Source: Candidatus Aminicenantaceae bacterium (GTDB lineage: Bacteria > Acidobacteriota > Aminicenantia > Aminicenantales > Aminicenantaceae). From it: a stretch of 64,000 nucleotides of DNA. Within the stretch, counting starts at the first letter, position 1; each line of letters begins with the position of its first letter. The position numbers were made by a program, and so were the translations under genes. Positions 11,167-19,709 of the stretch are shown here, piece by piece. The notes under the pieces were generated by a model. It searched no databases and was not told the DNA's origin. It saw nothing but the letters and a program-made list of their open reading frames with translations. The stretch is from the NCBI GenBank assembly GCA_036446295.1, contig JAZFSR010000121.1:4427-68426 (forward strand). Direction: 5' to 3'.

Positions 11167-12197
11167 TTTCGTGAAAACTGCCTTATAAACCGCAAATCAT
11201 TTTCGTAGAAATACCGCATGTCGGGAATTTGATAGGAAAACATCGCTGTGCGATCCACACCCAAGCCGAATGCAAAACCCGAATACCGTTCAGGATCAAT
11301 ATTGACATTTTTAAAGACCTGGGGATCAACCATACCCGCACCAAGAATTTCGATCCATCCGCCGCCTCCGCAAACTCTACATTTTTCGTCCTTGCGGCCG
11401 CAAACCGTACATTCGATATCGACTTCGGCCGAAGGTTCGGTAAACGGGAAAAAACTCGGGCGGAAACGGATCTCGATTTTGTCATGAAAGAGGGCCTTTA
11501 GAAAGTATTCCAGCGTGCCCTTCAGATGGGCCATTGTAATACCGTAATCGACAACTAAGCCTTCGACCTGATAAAACATGGGCAGGTGTGTCGGATCGGG
11601 GGACTCCTTCCTGTACACTTTTCCGGGAGTGATGATGCGGATAGGGGGCTTTTTTTTCTGCATGACCCGAATCTGGACGGGAGACGTATGTGTGCGGAGC
11701 AGAATGTCGTCATTGATATAGAGCGTGTCCCAATCGTCACGGGCAGGATGGTGCGGGGGGAAATTCAAAGCTTCAAAGTTAAAGTAGTCCGTTTCGATCT
11801 CGGGGCCGCTTTCGATCGTGAAACCCATACTCTGAAAAATGCTCTCGATTCTCTCCTGAAAAACAACGAGAGGATGTGGAGAACCCCAGTACCGGGATTT
11901 TCCCGGGAGTGTCAGGTCGAATTTGGCGTCTTTAGTCTTTGGGGCACTCAACGCTGCCTTCAGGCTGTCCAGTTTTTCCTGCACATCTGTCTTGAATTGG
12001 TTGATCAGAAAGCCCGCTTCCGGCTTGTCCTCTGGCTTGACCTTTTTCAACTCTTCAAACAGGCCGGCCATGTGGCCTCTTTTCCGGCTCAAATAGAGGT
12101 GGTGGAGCTTTTTGATCTCGATCTCGGTTTTAACAGCGGCAGCGTCCTTTTTAAAGCCTCTCCCGAGATCTCTGATCTTGTCTTTCAGTTTTTTCAT
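11163..12197 (-). CDS. pheS: Phenylalanine--tRNA ligase alpha subunit
   Basis: 344 aa with class II aaRS motifs (FRPSFFPFTEPS, GxGxDR). Confidence 0.95.
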   Translation of the reverse strand: MKKLKDKIRDLGRGFKKDAAAVKTEIEIKKLHHLYLSRKRGHMAGLFEELKKVKPEDKPEAGFLINQFKTDVQEKLDSLKAALSAPKTKDAKFDLTLPGKSRYWGSPHPLVVFQERIESIFQSMGFTIESGPEIETDYFNFEALNFPPHHPARDDWDTLYINDDILLRTHTSPVQIRVMQKKKPPIRIITPGKVYRKESPDPTHLPMFYQVEGLVVDYGITMAHLKGTLEYFLKALFHDKIEIRFRPSFFPFTEPSAEVDIECTVCGRKDEKCRVCGGGGWIEILGAGMVDPQVFKNVNIDPERYSGFAFGLGVDRTAMFSYQIPDMRYFYENDLRFIRQFSRK

Positions 12198-12214
12198 TCT
12201 TTTTGTTTAGGCGC

Positions 12215-12571
12215 TCAGGCCGCGGTCTCCTTGACTTTATGGACGATGTGCTCGAATGTCTGCGGTGACTGGACAGCCAGATCCGCAAGGATCTTCCTGT
12301 CGATATCGATGTTGAGTGTTTTAAGTCCGTGAATAAACCGGCTGTAGGACAGGCCGTTCGATTCGGAGGCTGCCTTGATCCGGATGATCCAGAGGCGCCT
12401 GAAGTCCCTCTTGCGGGTCCGACGGTCTCTGTAAGCATACTGCAGCGCTCGTTCGACAGCTTCCTTGGCCGTGCGGTAGTTGCTGTTGCGCGCTCCATAG
12501 TATCCTTTCGCAAGTTTTAAAATTTTTGTTCGTCTTTGTCTTTTTTTTGTTCCTCTTGTTACTCTGGGCAT
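12215..12571 (-). CDS. rplT: 50S ribosomal protein L20
   Basis: 118 aa, [26 protein letters not shown]... Confidence 0.95.
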   Translation of the reverse strand: MPRVTRGTKKRQRRTKILKLAKGYYGARNSNYRTAKEAVERALQYAYRDRRTRKRDFRRLWIIRIKAASESNGLSYSRFIHGLKTLNIDIDRKILADLAVQSPQTFEHIVHKVKETAA

Positions 12572-12670
12572 TGTCTTCTCCTCATCTCATATATCACAAA
12601 AAAACGTTCTGTGTTTTCAGTATTCTCCTAGTTCCCTTCTTACTCCCCTCCGTAGGAGGTGTTCCCAATT

Positions 12671-12706
12671 GAAAAAACGGCTTCCCCTAAAAGCGGCCGG
12701 GAAGCA
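12671..12706 (-). terminator. Hairpin plus U6 tract immediately after the rpmI stop (putative intrinsic terminator/attenuator between rpmI and rplT)
   Basis: Minus-strand RNA GCUUCCC-(11-nt loop)-GGGAAGC is followed by CGUUUUUU. The 5' arm overlaps the last rpmI codons. Confidence 0.35.
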
Positions 12707-12887
12707 TGGCTTTAATGTTTTTTTTGTCCGCTGGGCTGACGAGGCCCCGTTTTCCCAGCTTTCTCTTTCTCTTCGGGCTCTTTTTGGTCAGAATGTGGCT
12801 CTTATATGCTTTATTTCGCACTATCTTTTTCGTTCCCGTCACTTTGAACCGCTTTTGGGCTCCCTTGTGTGTCTTTAGTTTTGGCAT
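12687..12887 (-). CDS. rpmI: 50S ribosomal protein L35
   Basis: 66 aa, [21 protein letters not shown]... Confidence 0.95.
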   Translation of the reverse strand: MPKLKTHKGAQKRFKVTGTKKIVRNKAYKSHILTKKSPKRKRKLGKRGLVSPADKKNIKAMLPGRF

Positions 12888-13443
12888 CTTTTCCTCCAGT
12901 TTTTAAGGGGCTCAAAAGGGCAGATACAGCCCAGCTCTGCTTCCGGATCGTCCCATCCTGCTGTCCGAGTTCTTTCATGTCATTAAAAACTCTATCCATT
13001 ATGCGGTAGGCCAATTCAGGTTTTGCTTTTTCTCTGCCTCGAAGCATCACTGTAATCTTCACCTTGTTTCCTTCCTTAAGAAAACGTTCGACGTGCCGGA
13101 TCTTAAACGTGTAATCGTGGATGCTGATCTTCGGTCGAAACTTGATCTCTTTGATCTGAATTTGCTTTTGATGCTTTTTTGCTTCATGAGCCTTTTTATG
13201 TAATTCGTATAAAAATTTTCCGTAGTCCATGATCCGGCCAACAGGGGGCGCTGCATTTGGCGCCACTTCCACAAGATCCAGGTCTCGCTCTTTGGCCAGA
13301 GCCAAAGCTTCCTGAAAGGGAAGGACTCCCAACTGCTTCTTTTCCTCATCGATTATTCTCATTTCACTGGCATGAATCATTTCATTAATTTTGTGTGGCT
13401 TTTCCTTTCTTCCTCCACCTGGATAAAATCTACGTCTTCTGAT
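12811..13443 (-). CDS. infC: Translation initiation factor IF-3; probable non-AUG (AUC) start and C-terminal extension overlapping rpmI
   Basis: IF3 homology (…[22 protein letters not shown]…, …GKFLYE…, …LLSP…) continues upstream of the first ATG at 13380, with no in-frame ATG. AGGAGG-6nt-ATC at 13441-13455 immediately follows the thrS stop. Confidence 0.75.
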   Translation of the reverse strand: MRRRRFYPGGGRKEKPHKINEMIHASEMRIIDEEKKQLGVLPFQEALALAKERDLDLVEVAPNAAPPVGRIMDYGKFLYELHKKAHEAKKHQKQIQIKEIKFRPKISIHDYTFKIRHVERFLKEGNKVKITVMLRGREKAKPELAYRIMDRVFNDMKELGQQDGTIRKQSWAVSALLSPLKTGGKDAKTKDTQGSPKAVQSDGNEKDSAK

Positions 13444-13455
13444 GGTAAGCCTCCT

Positions 13456-15369
13456 TTAAAAATTGACGCTCAACGATCTATTTTTAATCAATTCCCTGAC
13501 TTTTTCAAGGAATTCATTTACGTTTATTTCGCCTTTGTCGCCTTCAAGATGAATTCTCAATGCGGCCGTTTGATTTTCGACCTCCTTATCTCCGACGATG
13601 AGGATAAGGGGAACTTTGCCGGTTTCGGCATCTCGAATCTTGTAGCCCACCTTTTCTCGGCGTTTATCCACAGACGCCCGAATATTATTTTTTCTGAAAA
13701 GAGTCTCTAAAGATTCGGCGTATTCATGGTGGCGGTCGGCGATGGGGATCGTCAAAATCTGCACCGGTGCCAGCCAGAGGGGAAAATTTCCATTGTAGTG
13801 TTCGATAAGGATCCCAAAAAATCTTTCCAGTGATCCGAGCAGTGCACGGTGTACGAGGTAAGGCCTGTGAACCTTTCCGTCCTCACCAATATAGCCGAGG
13901 TCGAACCGTTCGGCCAGGTTGAAATCGAGCTGAACTGTGGTCAGCTGCCAGGACCGCTGCAGAGCATCCTTGATTTTAATGTCGATTTTCGGGCCGTAGA
14001 ACACGCCTTCGCCCTCATCGATTGTGAAGCCTTGATCTATATCATTGAGTGCGCGGGCCAACGCGGCCTCGGCTTTTTCCCAATCACCCTTGGCACCGCA
14101 AGAATTTTTCGGGCAGGTGGACAAAAAGACATCAAAATCGGTGAAACCGAATGTGGTCAGTATTTTTTTTGCCAGGATAACAACACTCTTAATCTCTTCC
14201 TCGAGCTGGTCTTCCCGGCAGAAGATGTGGGCATCATCCTGGGTAAATCCCCTCACGCGCAAAAGCCCGGTCAGGACACCGCTTCTTTCGTAGCGGTAAA
14301 CCGTGCCCAGTTCTCCCCATCGGAAGGGAAGATCCCGGTAGCTTCGCTGCCGGGAATTGTAGACCATGATGTGAAAAGGGCAGTTCATGGGTTTGAGCTG
14401 GTACTCGATTCCATCGCTCAAGAGCGGGGGATAGAGAGCATCATAGTACTCGGTATGTCCGCTGGTACGCCACACATCGAGTTTGGCCACATGGGGAGTG
14501 TAGAGAATGTCATAGCCGGCATGGAAGTGTTCCTCATACCAGTACTCCTCTATGGCCCTGCGGACAGCCGCTCCTTTGGGATGCCAGAGAATCAAGCCCG
14601 CCCCGAGGCTTTCATTAAAGCTGAACAGATCGAGTCCGGGTCCGAGTTTGCGGTGATCCCTTTTTTTGGCCTCTTCGACAAGATTGAGATAGATTCTCAA
14701 ATCTTTTCTGGTAAAAAATGCGGTTCCATGGATTCTCTGGAGCTGGATGCCCTTTTCATCTCCCTTCCAATAAGCTCCGGAAACAGACAGCAGCTTGAAG
14801 TTCTTGATATGGCCGGAGGAGGGGACATGAGGGCCCAGGCAGAAATCGATAAATTCTCCCTGTCTGTAGCAGGTGACTTCCTTGCCTCCCTTTTCCTCTA
14901 TGAGCTGGACTTTGAGATCCTGCCCCATATTCGAAAACATTTTTATCGCGTCTTTTTTGGAGAGAACGACTTTTTCGATAGGAACATTCTGTGAAGTCAG
15001 TTCTTTCATTTTATCTTCAATCACCCCTAGGACATCGGGAGTGAAGGGTTCTTCTTTGAGGAAATCATAGTAGAATCCATTTTCGATGTCGGGGCCGATT
15101 CCGATCTGTATGCCAGGAAATAGTTCACAGACGGCGTGGGCCAGAAGATGGGCGGCGCTGTGTCTGAGCACATGGAGAGCATTTTTGTCTTCTGTATAGA
15201 CCAGTTGGATCTCAACATCTTCTGTCAAACTCTCATTAAGGTCATTCATCTTTCCATTTATCCACGCAAGCATAGGTGTCCTCTTCAGCTCCTGTGCTGA
15301 AAGAAAATCTTTTAGAAGGGTGCCTTTTTCGACAGAATAAAGAGATCCCTCTAGTTTAATCTGTACCAA
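13456..15369 (-). CDS. thrS: Threonine--tRNA ligase
   Basis: 637 aa with TGS, editing and class II catalytic domains. TTG start with AAGGTGAG Shine-Dalgarno. Confidence 0.95.
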   Translation of the reverse strand: MVQIKLEGSLYSVEKGTLLKDFLSAQELKRTPMLAWINGKMNDLNESLTEDVEIQLVYTEDKNALHVLRHSAAHLLAHAVCELFPGIQIGIGPDIENGFYYDFLKEEPFTPDVLGVIEDKMKELTSQNVPIEKVVLSKKDAIKMFSNMGQDLKVQLIEEKGGKEVTCYRQGEFIDFCLGPHVPSSGHIKNFKLLSVSGAYWKGDEKGIQLQRIHGTAFFTRKDLRIYLNLVEEAKKRDHRKLGPGLDLFSFNESLGAGLILWHPKGAAVRRAIEEYWYEEHFHAGYDILYTPHVAKLDVWRTSGHTEYYDALYPPLLSDGIEYQLKPMNCPFHIMVYNSRQRSYRDLPFRWGELGTVYRYERSGVLTGLLRVRGFTQDDAHIFCREDQLEEEIKSVVILAKKILTTFGFTDFDVFLSTCPKNSCGAKGDWEKAEAALARALNDIDQGFTIDEGEGVFYGPKIDIKIKDALQRSWQLTTVQLDFNLAERFDLGYIGEDGKVHRPYLVHRALLGSLERFFGILIEHYNGNFPLWLAPVQILTIPIADRHHEYAESLETLFRKNNIRASVDKRREKVGYKIRDAETGKVPLILIVGDKEVENQTAALRIHLEGDKGEINVNEFLEKVRELIKNRSLSVNF

Positions 15370-15460
15370 TTAACTCACCTTATATCTATATGCATTCAAG
15401 CGGGAAGGCTTTACATGCGGTTCCTGCTAAGTTCCTCTTGAATACTCACTCCTGACATAA

Positions 15461-15535
15461 TGGTAGGCGCGGAGGGTATCGAACCCTCGACTTCTTCCGC
15501 GTCAGGGAAGCACTCTACCACTGAGCTACGCGCCT
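15461..15535 (-). tRNA. tRNA-Val (anticodon GAC), CCA encoded
   Basis: Reverse-complement folds as a cloverleaf: acceptor AGGCGCG/CGCGCCU, D-arm GCUC…GAGU, anticodon stem CUUCC/GGAAG with loop CUGACGC, T-arm GAGGG-UUCGAUA-CCCUC. Confidence 0.85.
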
Positions 15536-15550
15536 GTGCTTTAAGCCTAC

Positions 15551-15580
15551 ATATACTAATGTCTTACCCCTCTAAAGTCA
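15551..15580 (-). promoter_or_regulatory. Candidate sigma70-type promoter for tRNA-Val/thrS (TTGACT-18-TAGTAT)
   Basis: Read on the minus strand ~15 nt upstream of the tRNA 5' end. Confidence 0.3.
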
Positions 15581-15618
15581 ATAGAATGTGTGCCCTCTTG
15601 TCCGCTTGGAATTAAAGG

Positions 15619-15724
15619 AATTAAAGGGACATCATACTTAATTAATTAAAGGGACATCATACTTAATTCTCACGAATTAAGTATGATGTCCCTTTAATTA
15701 ATTAAGTATGATGTCCCTTTAATT
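15619..15724. repeat. Palindromic repeat: 2 direct + 2 inverted copies of the 25-nt unit AATTAAAGGGACATCATACTTAATT around a 6-nt spacer (perfect 50-bp stem)
   Basis: Exact copies at 15619-15643 and 15644-15668, spacer CTCACG, then reverse-complement copies at 15675-15699 and 15700-15724. A partial copy lies at 15609-15618. The same unit recurs at 55983-56048. Confidence 0.9.
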
Positions 15725-16701
15725 CACTCCATGGGGTATTTGAGGCCCCATTGGGCACGGACCGTATCCATGGTTTCCATAATGGACAGAGATTCGTCGA
15801 GCGGCATGATATGGCTTTCGAGCCGGCCTTCCCGAATGCATCTCATCACTTCTTCAGCCTCAAAACTGAATCCGTTTCCTTTAAAAGGGAATTTAAGAAC
15901 TTTTTCTCTTTTTCCAAACTTCAGGGATAATTTTTTCGATTGCCACCAGGGGGAATACATGCGGAGTCTTCCTTTGGTCCCGATGATATACGCGTCCTGA
16001 GGGATTTCAGTGCGGACAGCCGCAGCCAGGACGGCCATCTGTCCAAGCTCATAACGAAGGAGTACGGCAGACTGCTCGTCTACCCCTGTATTGCCTAGAT
16101 GGCACTGGCTCGATATTTGGGCCGGTTGTCCAAACACCATGGACGCAAACGACACGGGATAGACCCCCACGTCCAGCAGCGCTCCACCACCAAGAGAAGG
16201 ATTGAACAATCTGTGGGATGGGTCAACTTCGGCTTTAAAACCAAAACCGGCGAAAAACATGCGGATTTCGCCGAGAAGCCCTTTCGTAAGGATCTCGCGC
16301 ACCTTGACTACAGCCGGCAGGAATCGCGTCCACATGGCTTCCATAATAAAGCACTTTTTCTCTTTGGCCAGAGAGATCACCTCTTTCGCCTGTGCGGCAT
16401 TTATGGTGAACGGCTTCTCACAGAGGACAGCCTTTCCTTCTCGAATCAGCATCAGGCAGTTTTCATAGTGAAGGTTGTGTGGTGTGGACACATACACCAC
16501 GTCGATGTCGGGATCAAGGGCAAGATCTTCATAGCTCCCGTACCTCTTTGGGATGCCGAACCTCCGCCCGAATTTATCTGCCGCCTCCTGTGTGCGGGAT
16601 CCGACGGCGGCCAGGTGGGCATCGGGCACTCGAGCCAATCCTTTGGCCATGGCGGCGGCAATGCCACCGGTGGCTAGTATTCCCCAGTTTATCTTTGGCA
16701 T
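15724..16701 (-). CDS. Gfo/Idh/MocA family NAD(P)-dependent oxidoreductase
   Basis: Rossmann N-terminus MPKINWGILATGGIA and a typical C-terminal alpha/beta domain. The ATG at 16701 was preferred over the ORF-track Met at 16749, which overlaps the upstream gene. Confidence 0.85.
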   Translation of the reverse strand: MPKINWGILATGGIAAAMAKGLARVPDAHLAAVGSRTQEAADKFGRRFGIPKRYGSYEDLALDPDIDVVYVSTPHNLHYENCLMLIREGKAVLCEKPFTINAAQAKEVISLAKEKKCFIMEAMWTRFLPAVVKVREILTKGLLGEIRMFFAGFGFKAEVDPSHRLFNPSLGGGALLDVGVYPVSFASMVFGQPAQISSQCHLGNTGVDEQSAVLLRYELGQMAVLAAAVRTEIPQDAYIIGTKGRLRMYSPWWQSKKLSLKFGKREKVLKFPFKGNGFSFEAEEVMRCIREGRLESHIMPLDESLSIMETMDTVRAQWGLKYPME

Positions 16702-16705
16702 AGTT

Positions 16706-17191
16706 CTAATATAAAGGCACAATATCGGCCGTTTTGTCCGCCGGATCAAAGAGGACCACAGTGTGTTTCCCGGTCACCCAGCCTCCCGTCTCACCGGGAT
16801 TGATAAGGAGTGTGTTTCCCTGGAAACGGACTTCAGGCTTGTGTGTATGGCCAAAAATGAGAACATCCGGATCGTACTGCTTCAGATAAGACTTGAGGGG
16901 AAAATCCAGATGTGACAGCAAATACTTCGCCCCCTCCCATTCAAATACAAAAGGCGCTTCTTGTATGTCCCCAAAATGCTGAATACCTCTCGTAAGCCCC
17001 TGTTTTTCCCCATCGCAGTTGCCAAACACTGCCTTGACCCGGCAGTTCAGATTGGCCAGCTCGGAGACCGCAAATGGGGCCACAAAATCTCCCACATGGA
17101 TCACCAGTTCACAGTCCATGCTGTTGAATAAACGGACGGCCTGTTTTATGGCATCACGGTTGTCATGTGAGTCCGACATCACTCCAATCAT
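16706..17191 (-). CDS. YfcE/MJ0936-family metallophosphoesterase
   Basis: 161 aa. MIGVMSDSHDNRD…GNCD…GHTH are the calcineurin-like phosphoesterase motifs. Confidence 0.85.
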   Translation of the reverse strand: MIGVMSDSHDNRDAIKQAVRLFNSMDCELVIHVGDFVAPFAVSELANLNCRVKAVFGNCDGEKQGLTRGIQHFGDIQEAPFVFEWEGAKYLLSHLDFPLKSYLKQYDPDVLIFGHTHKPEVRFQGNTLLINPGETGGWVTGKHTVVLFDPADKTADIVPLY

Positions 17192-17200
17192 TCTCCCCCC

Positions 17201-17343
17201 GAATTATTCATAAAAACTGCCTCCACCATCATTTCTCTCCAATGATATCAACTTTATAGCATGATTTTAGTAAGATCTCGAACATTTCTTTGTTTGTTGG
17301 CTAGTTTATACTAAATGTCGGCATTTTTTACCCCAAGGGGGCT
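17201..17343 (-). promoter_or_regulatory. Conserved 143-nt upstream leader (repeat B copy 1) with embedded sigma70-like promoter TTGGGG-17-TAGTAT
   Basis: About 75% identical to 31954-32096, in the same position relative to a different minus-strand gene. Read on the minus strand the putative -35/-10 are at 17331-17336 and 17308-17313. Confidence 0.5.
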
Positions 17344-17443
17344 GAGATGCGCCCCTCCATTGAAAAATTGGCAGGGGTATATTATACTAACAATTCCATT
17401 TTGGAACTTATATGCTTATAAAAAAACAAATAACGGAGTTTTA

Positions 17444-18751
17444 ATGAAAAAGAATGTCATCATCATGGGCGCCGCAGGAAGGGACTTTCATAACTTCAAC
17501 ACCTTCTTGAGAGACAACCAAAACTATCAGGTCGTTGCGTTCACGGCCACACAAATTCCGGACATAGATGGCCGGAAATATCCCGCCGAACTGGCGGGCC
17601 GGTTGTACCCGGAGGGAATCCCTATTTTCTCTGAAGATGACCTGACTAAGCTGATCAAATCCATGGAAGTCACAGAAGTCTTTTTTTCCTACAGTGATAC
17701 ATCCAATGACTATGTCATGCATAAGTCCGCCGATGTTATGGCCGCCGGAGCCAGTTTCACACTCCTCGGCCCCAGAGAGACGATGATAGCCAGCCGTAAG
17801 CCACTGATCTCTGTCTGCGCAGTGCGAACGGGAGTCGGCAAAAGCCAGACCAGCCGTAAAATTGCTCTGATGCTCAAGAACAAAGGCCATCGGGTTGTAG
17901 TCATCCGGCATCCCATGCCCTATGGGGATCTGGTCAAACAAAAAGTCCAGCGCTTTGCCAATTACGACGACATGATCAAACACAAATGCACGATCGAAGA
18001 GATGGAGGAGTACGAACCCCATATCAGCAACGGCATCATCGTCTATGCCGGGGTGGACTACGGCGCCATCCTGGAAGAAGCCGAAAAGGAAGCCGATATC
18101 ATCCTCTGGGACGGCGGAAACAATGACTACCCGTTTTACAGGGCGAATCTGGAAATCGTCCTCATCGACCCCCACCGCCCGGGACACGAACTTCAGTATT
18201 ACCCTGGAGAAGTGAATTTCAAAAGAGCACAGGTCCTCATCATCAACAAGATGGATACGGCCGAGCAAGGCAACATCGACCGCGTTGTCGAAAATATTAA
18301 GAGGTACAATCCCGAAGCCACAATCATCAGGGCCAATTCCCCCATCAGTGTTCCGGACGGCAAAGACATCGAGGGAAAGACCGTCCTGGTCGTTGAAGAC
18401 GGCCCAACTCTGACACACGGAGGCATGGCTTTCGGAGCCGGCATTGTGGCGGCCAAAAAATATGGTGCCGGCCGCATCGTCGATCCACGCCCCTATGCTT
18501 TAGGAAGCATTAAAAAGACATTTGAAAAATATACGCACCTCGACCGCGTCCTCCCGGCCATGGGATATGGACAGGAACAAATCGACGAACTCACCGAAAC
18601 CATCAACCGCACCGAATGTGACCTCGTTATCGGAGCGACCCCTATCGATCTGAGCCGCCTGATCCAAACTAACAAAAGAATTCTCCGCGTCTCTTACGAT
18701 TTGGAAGAAATCGGGTCTCCCAACCTTCAGGAGGTCCTCAAGGATTTCTGA
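17444..18751 (+). CDS. P-loop NTPase resembling cyclic 2,3-diphosphoglycerate synthetase (CPGS) family
   Basis: 436 aa from the MKKNVIIMGAAG Met. Walker A-like CAVRTGVGKSQTS; size and layout are consistent with the CPGS family. The assignment is from memory of the family, not a search. Confidence 0.55.
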   Translation: MKKNVIIMGAAGRDFHNFNTFLRDNQNYQVVAFTATQIPDIDGRKYPAELAGRLYPEGIPIFSEDDLTKLIKSMEVTEVFFSYSDTSNDYVMHKSADVMAAGASFTLLGPRETMIASRKPLISVCAVRTGVGKSQTSRKIALMLKNKGHRVVVIRHPMPYGDLVKQKVQRFANYDDMIKHKCTIEEMEEYEPHISNGIIVYAGVDYGAILEEAEKEADIILWDGGNNDYPFYRANLEIVLIDPHRPGHELQYYPGEVNFKRAQVLIINKMDTAEQGNIDRVVENIKRYNPEATIIRANSPISVPDGKDIEGKTVLVVEDGPTLTHGGMAFGAGIVAAKKYGAGRIVDPRPYALGSIKKTFEKYTHLDRVLPAMGYGQEQIDELTETINRTECDLVIGATPIDLSRLIQTNKRILRVSYDLEEIGSPNLQEVLKDF

Positions 18752-19701
18752 TGAAACGCAAGATCGCCCTCATAGCTTTTGGAGGAAACGCACTCCTTCC
18801 CAAGCCAAAACAAGGACTCCAAGGCGAGCAGATCAAACTTGCCGAAAAGGCCGCCCGTTTGATGATTCATGTCGTGCAGAGAGGATATGACCTCATCATC
18901 GTTCACGGCAACGGGCCCCAGGTCGGAAATCTGCTCATCCAGATGGAGGAATCCATCAATAAGGTTCCCCCTTTCTCTCTCGACATCTGCAATGCGATGA
19001 CCGAGGGAAGCATAGGATTTATGCTGGAGAAAGCCGTCATCAACGAACTCCGTAAAAAATCGGTGGATAAGGAGGTGGCCACCCTGATCACTCAGGTTAT
19101 TGTAGATAAGGAAGATCCGGCCTTCATGGCCCCGTCCAAACCCGTCGGCCCCTTCTACTCGAAATACCGGGCCAAGATGCTCATGCGGGAAAAAAAATGG
19201 ATTATGAAGGAAGATGCAGGAAGGGGTTTCCGGAAAGTCGTGCCATCCCCCAGGCCGATTGACATCGTTCCCAAACACGTAATGAGCGAACTCGTCGGCT
19301 CGGGAAAGATCGTCATCGCCGGCGGAGGAGGAGGCATTCCGGTCATCATCAACGGCAAGGGACTCTTCCAGGGAGTCGAAGCGGTCATCGACAAGGATTA
19401 TACATCCGGCCTCATCGCTCGAGAGACTCGAACCGATCTCTTCATCATCCTAACCACTGTCCCTCAGGTGTATCTGAATTTCGGCACACCAAAGGAAAAG
19501 CCCATCCTTGAGATGACTGTGGACGAGGCCAAAGAACAACTGGCCATGGGACAGTTTCCTCGGGGATCCATGGGTCCAAAAATAGAAGCCGCCGTCGACT
19601 ACATCGAAAGAGGAGGAAAAGAAGTCCTGATCACCTCCGTCAGCCACTTGAAGGCGGCCATGATAAACCGGTCAGGCACACGAATTACAGGTTCGAACTA
19701 G
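18751..19701 (+). CDS. arcC: Carbamate kinase
   Basis: 316 aa, MKRKIALIAFGGNALL…HGNGPQVGNLL…, the amino-acid kinase fold typical of carbamate kinase. Confidence 0.9.
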   Translation: MKRKIALIAFGGNALLPKPKQGLQGEQIKLAEKAARLMIHVVQRGYDLIIVHGNGPQVGNLLIQMEESINKVPPFSLDICNAMTEGSIGFMLEKAVINELRKKSVDKEVATLITQVIVDKEDPAFMAPSKPVGPFYSKYRAKMLMREKKWIMKEDAGRGFRKVVPSPRPIDIVPKHVMSELVGSGKIVIAGGGGGIPVIINGKGLFQGVEAVIDKDYTSGLIARETRTDLFIILTTVPQVYLNFGTPKEKPILEMTVDEAKEQLAMGQFPRGSMGPKIEAAVDYIERGGKEVLITSVSHLKAAMINRSGTRITGSN

Positions 19702-19709
19702 GAGAAAAG

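Noticed and set aside
13849-14994. 381-aa plus-strand ORF
   Set aside because: Antisense to thrS; a shadow frame.
15619-15724. Intrinsic terminator interpretation of the 50-bp perfect hairpin
   Set aside because: There is no U-tract on either strand after the stem, and the same unit occurs upstream of the rnf operon, where a terminator makes no sense. A dispersed palindromic repeat fits better.
16701-16749. Longer N-terminus (MIRRTKRPILCLYIRT…) for the Gfo/Idh/MocA oxidoreductase
   Set aside because: It would overlap the upstream phosphoesterase gene by 44 nt and adds a non-Rossmann, junk-like peptide. The internal ATG at 16701 starts exactly at the dinucleotide-binding fold.
17441-18418. 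325-aa minus-strand ORF
   Set aside because: Antisense to the P-loop/CPGS-like gene, whose plus-strand frame carries a Walker A motif and continuous coding signal. No motifs on the minus frame.
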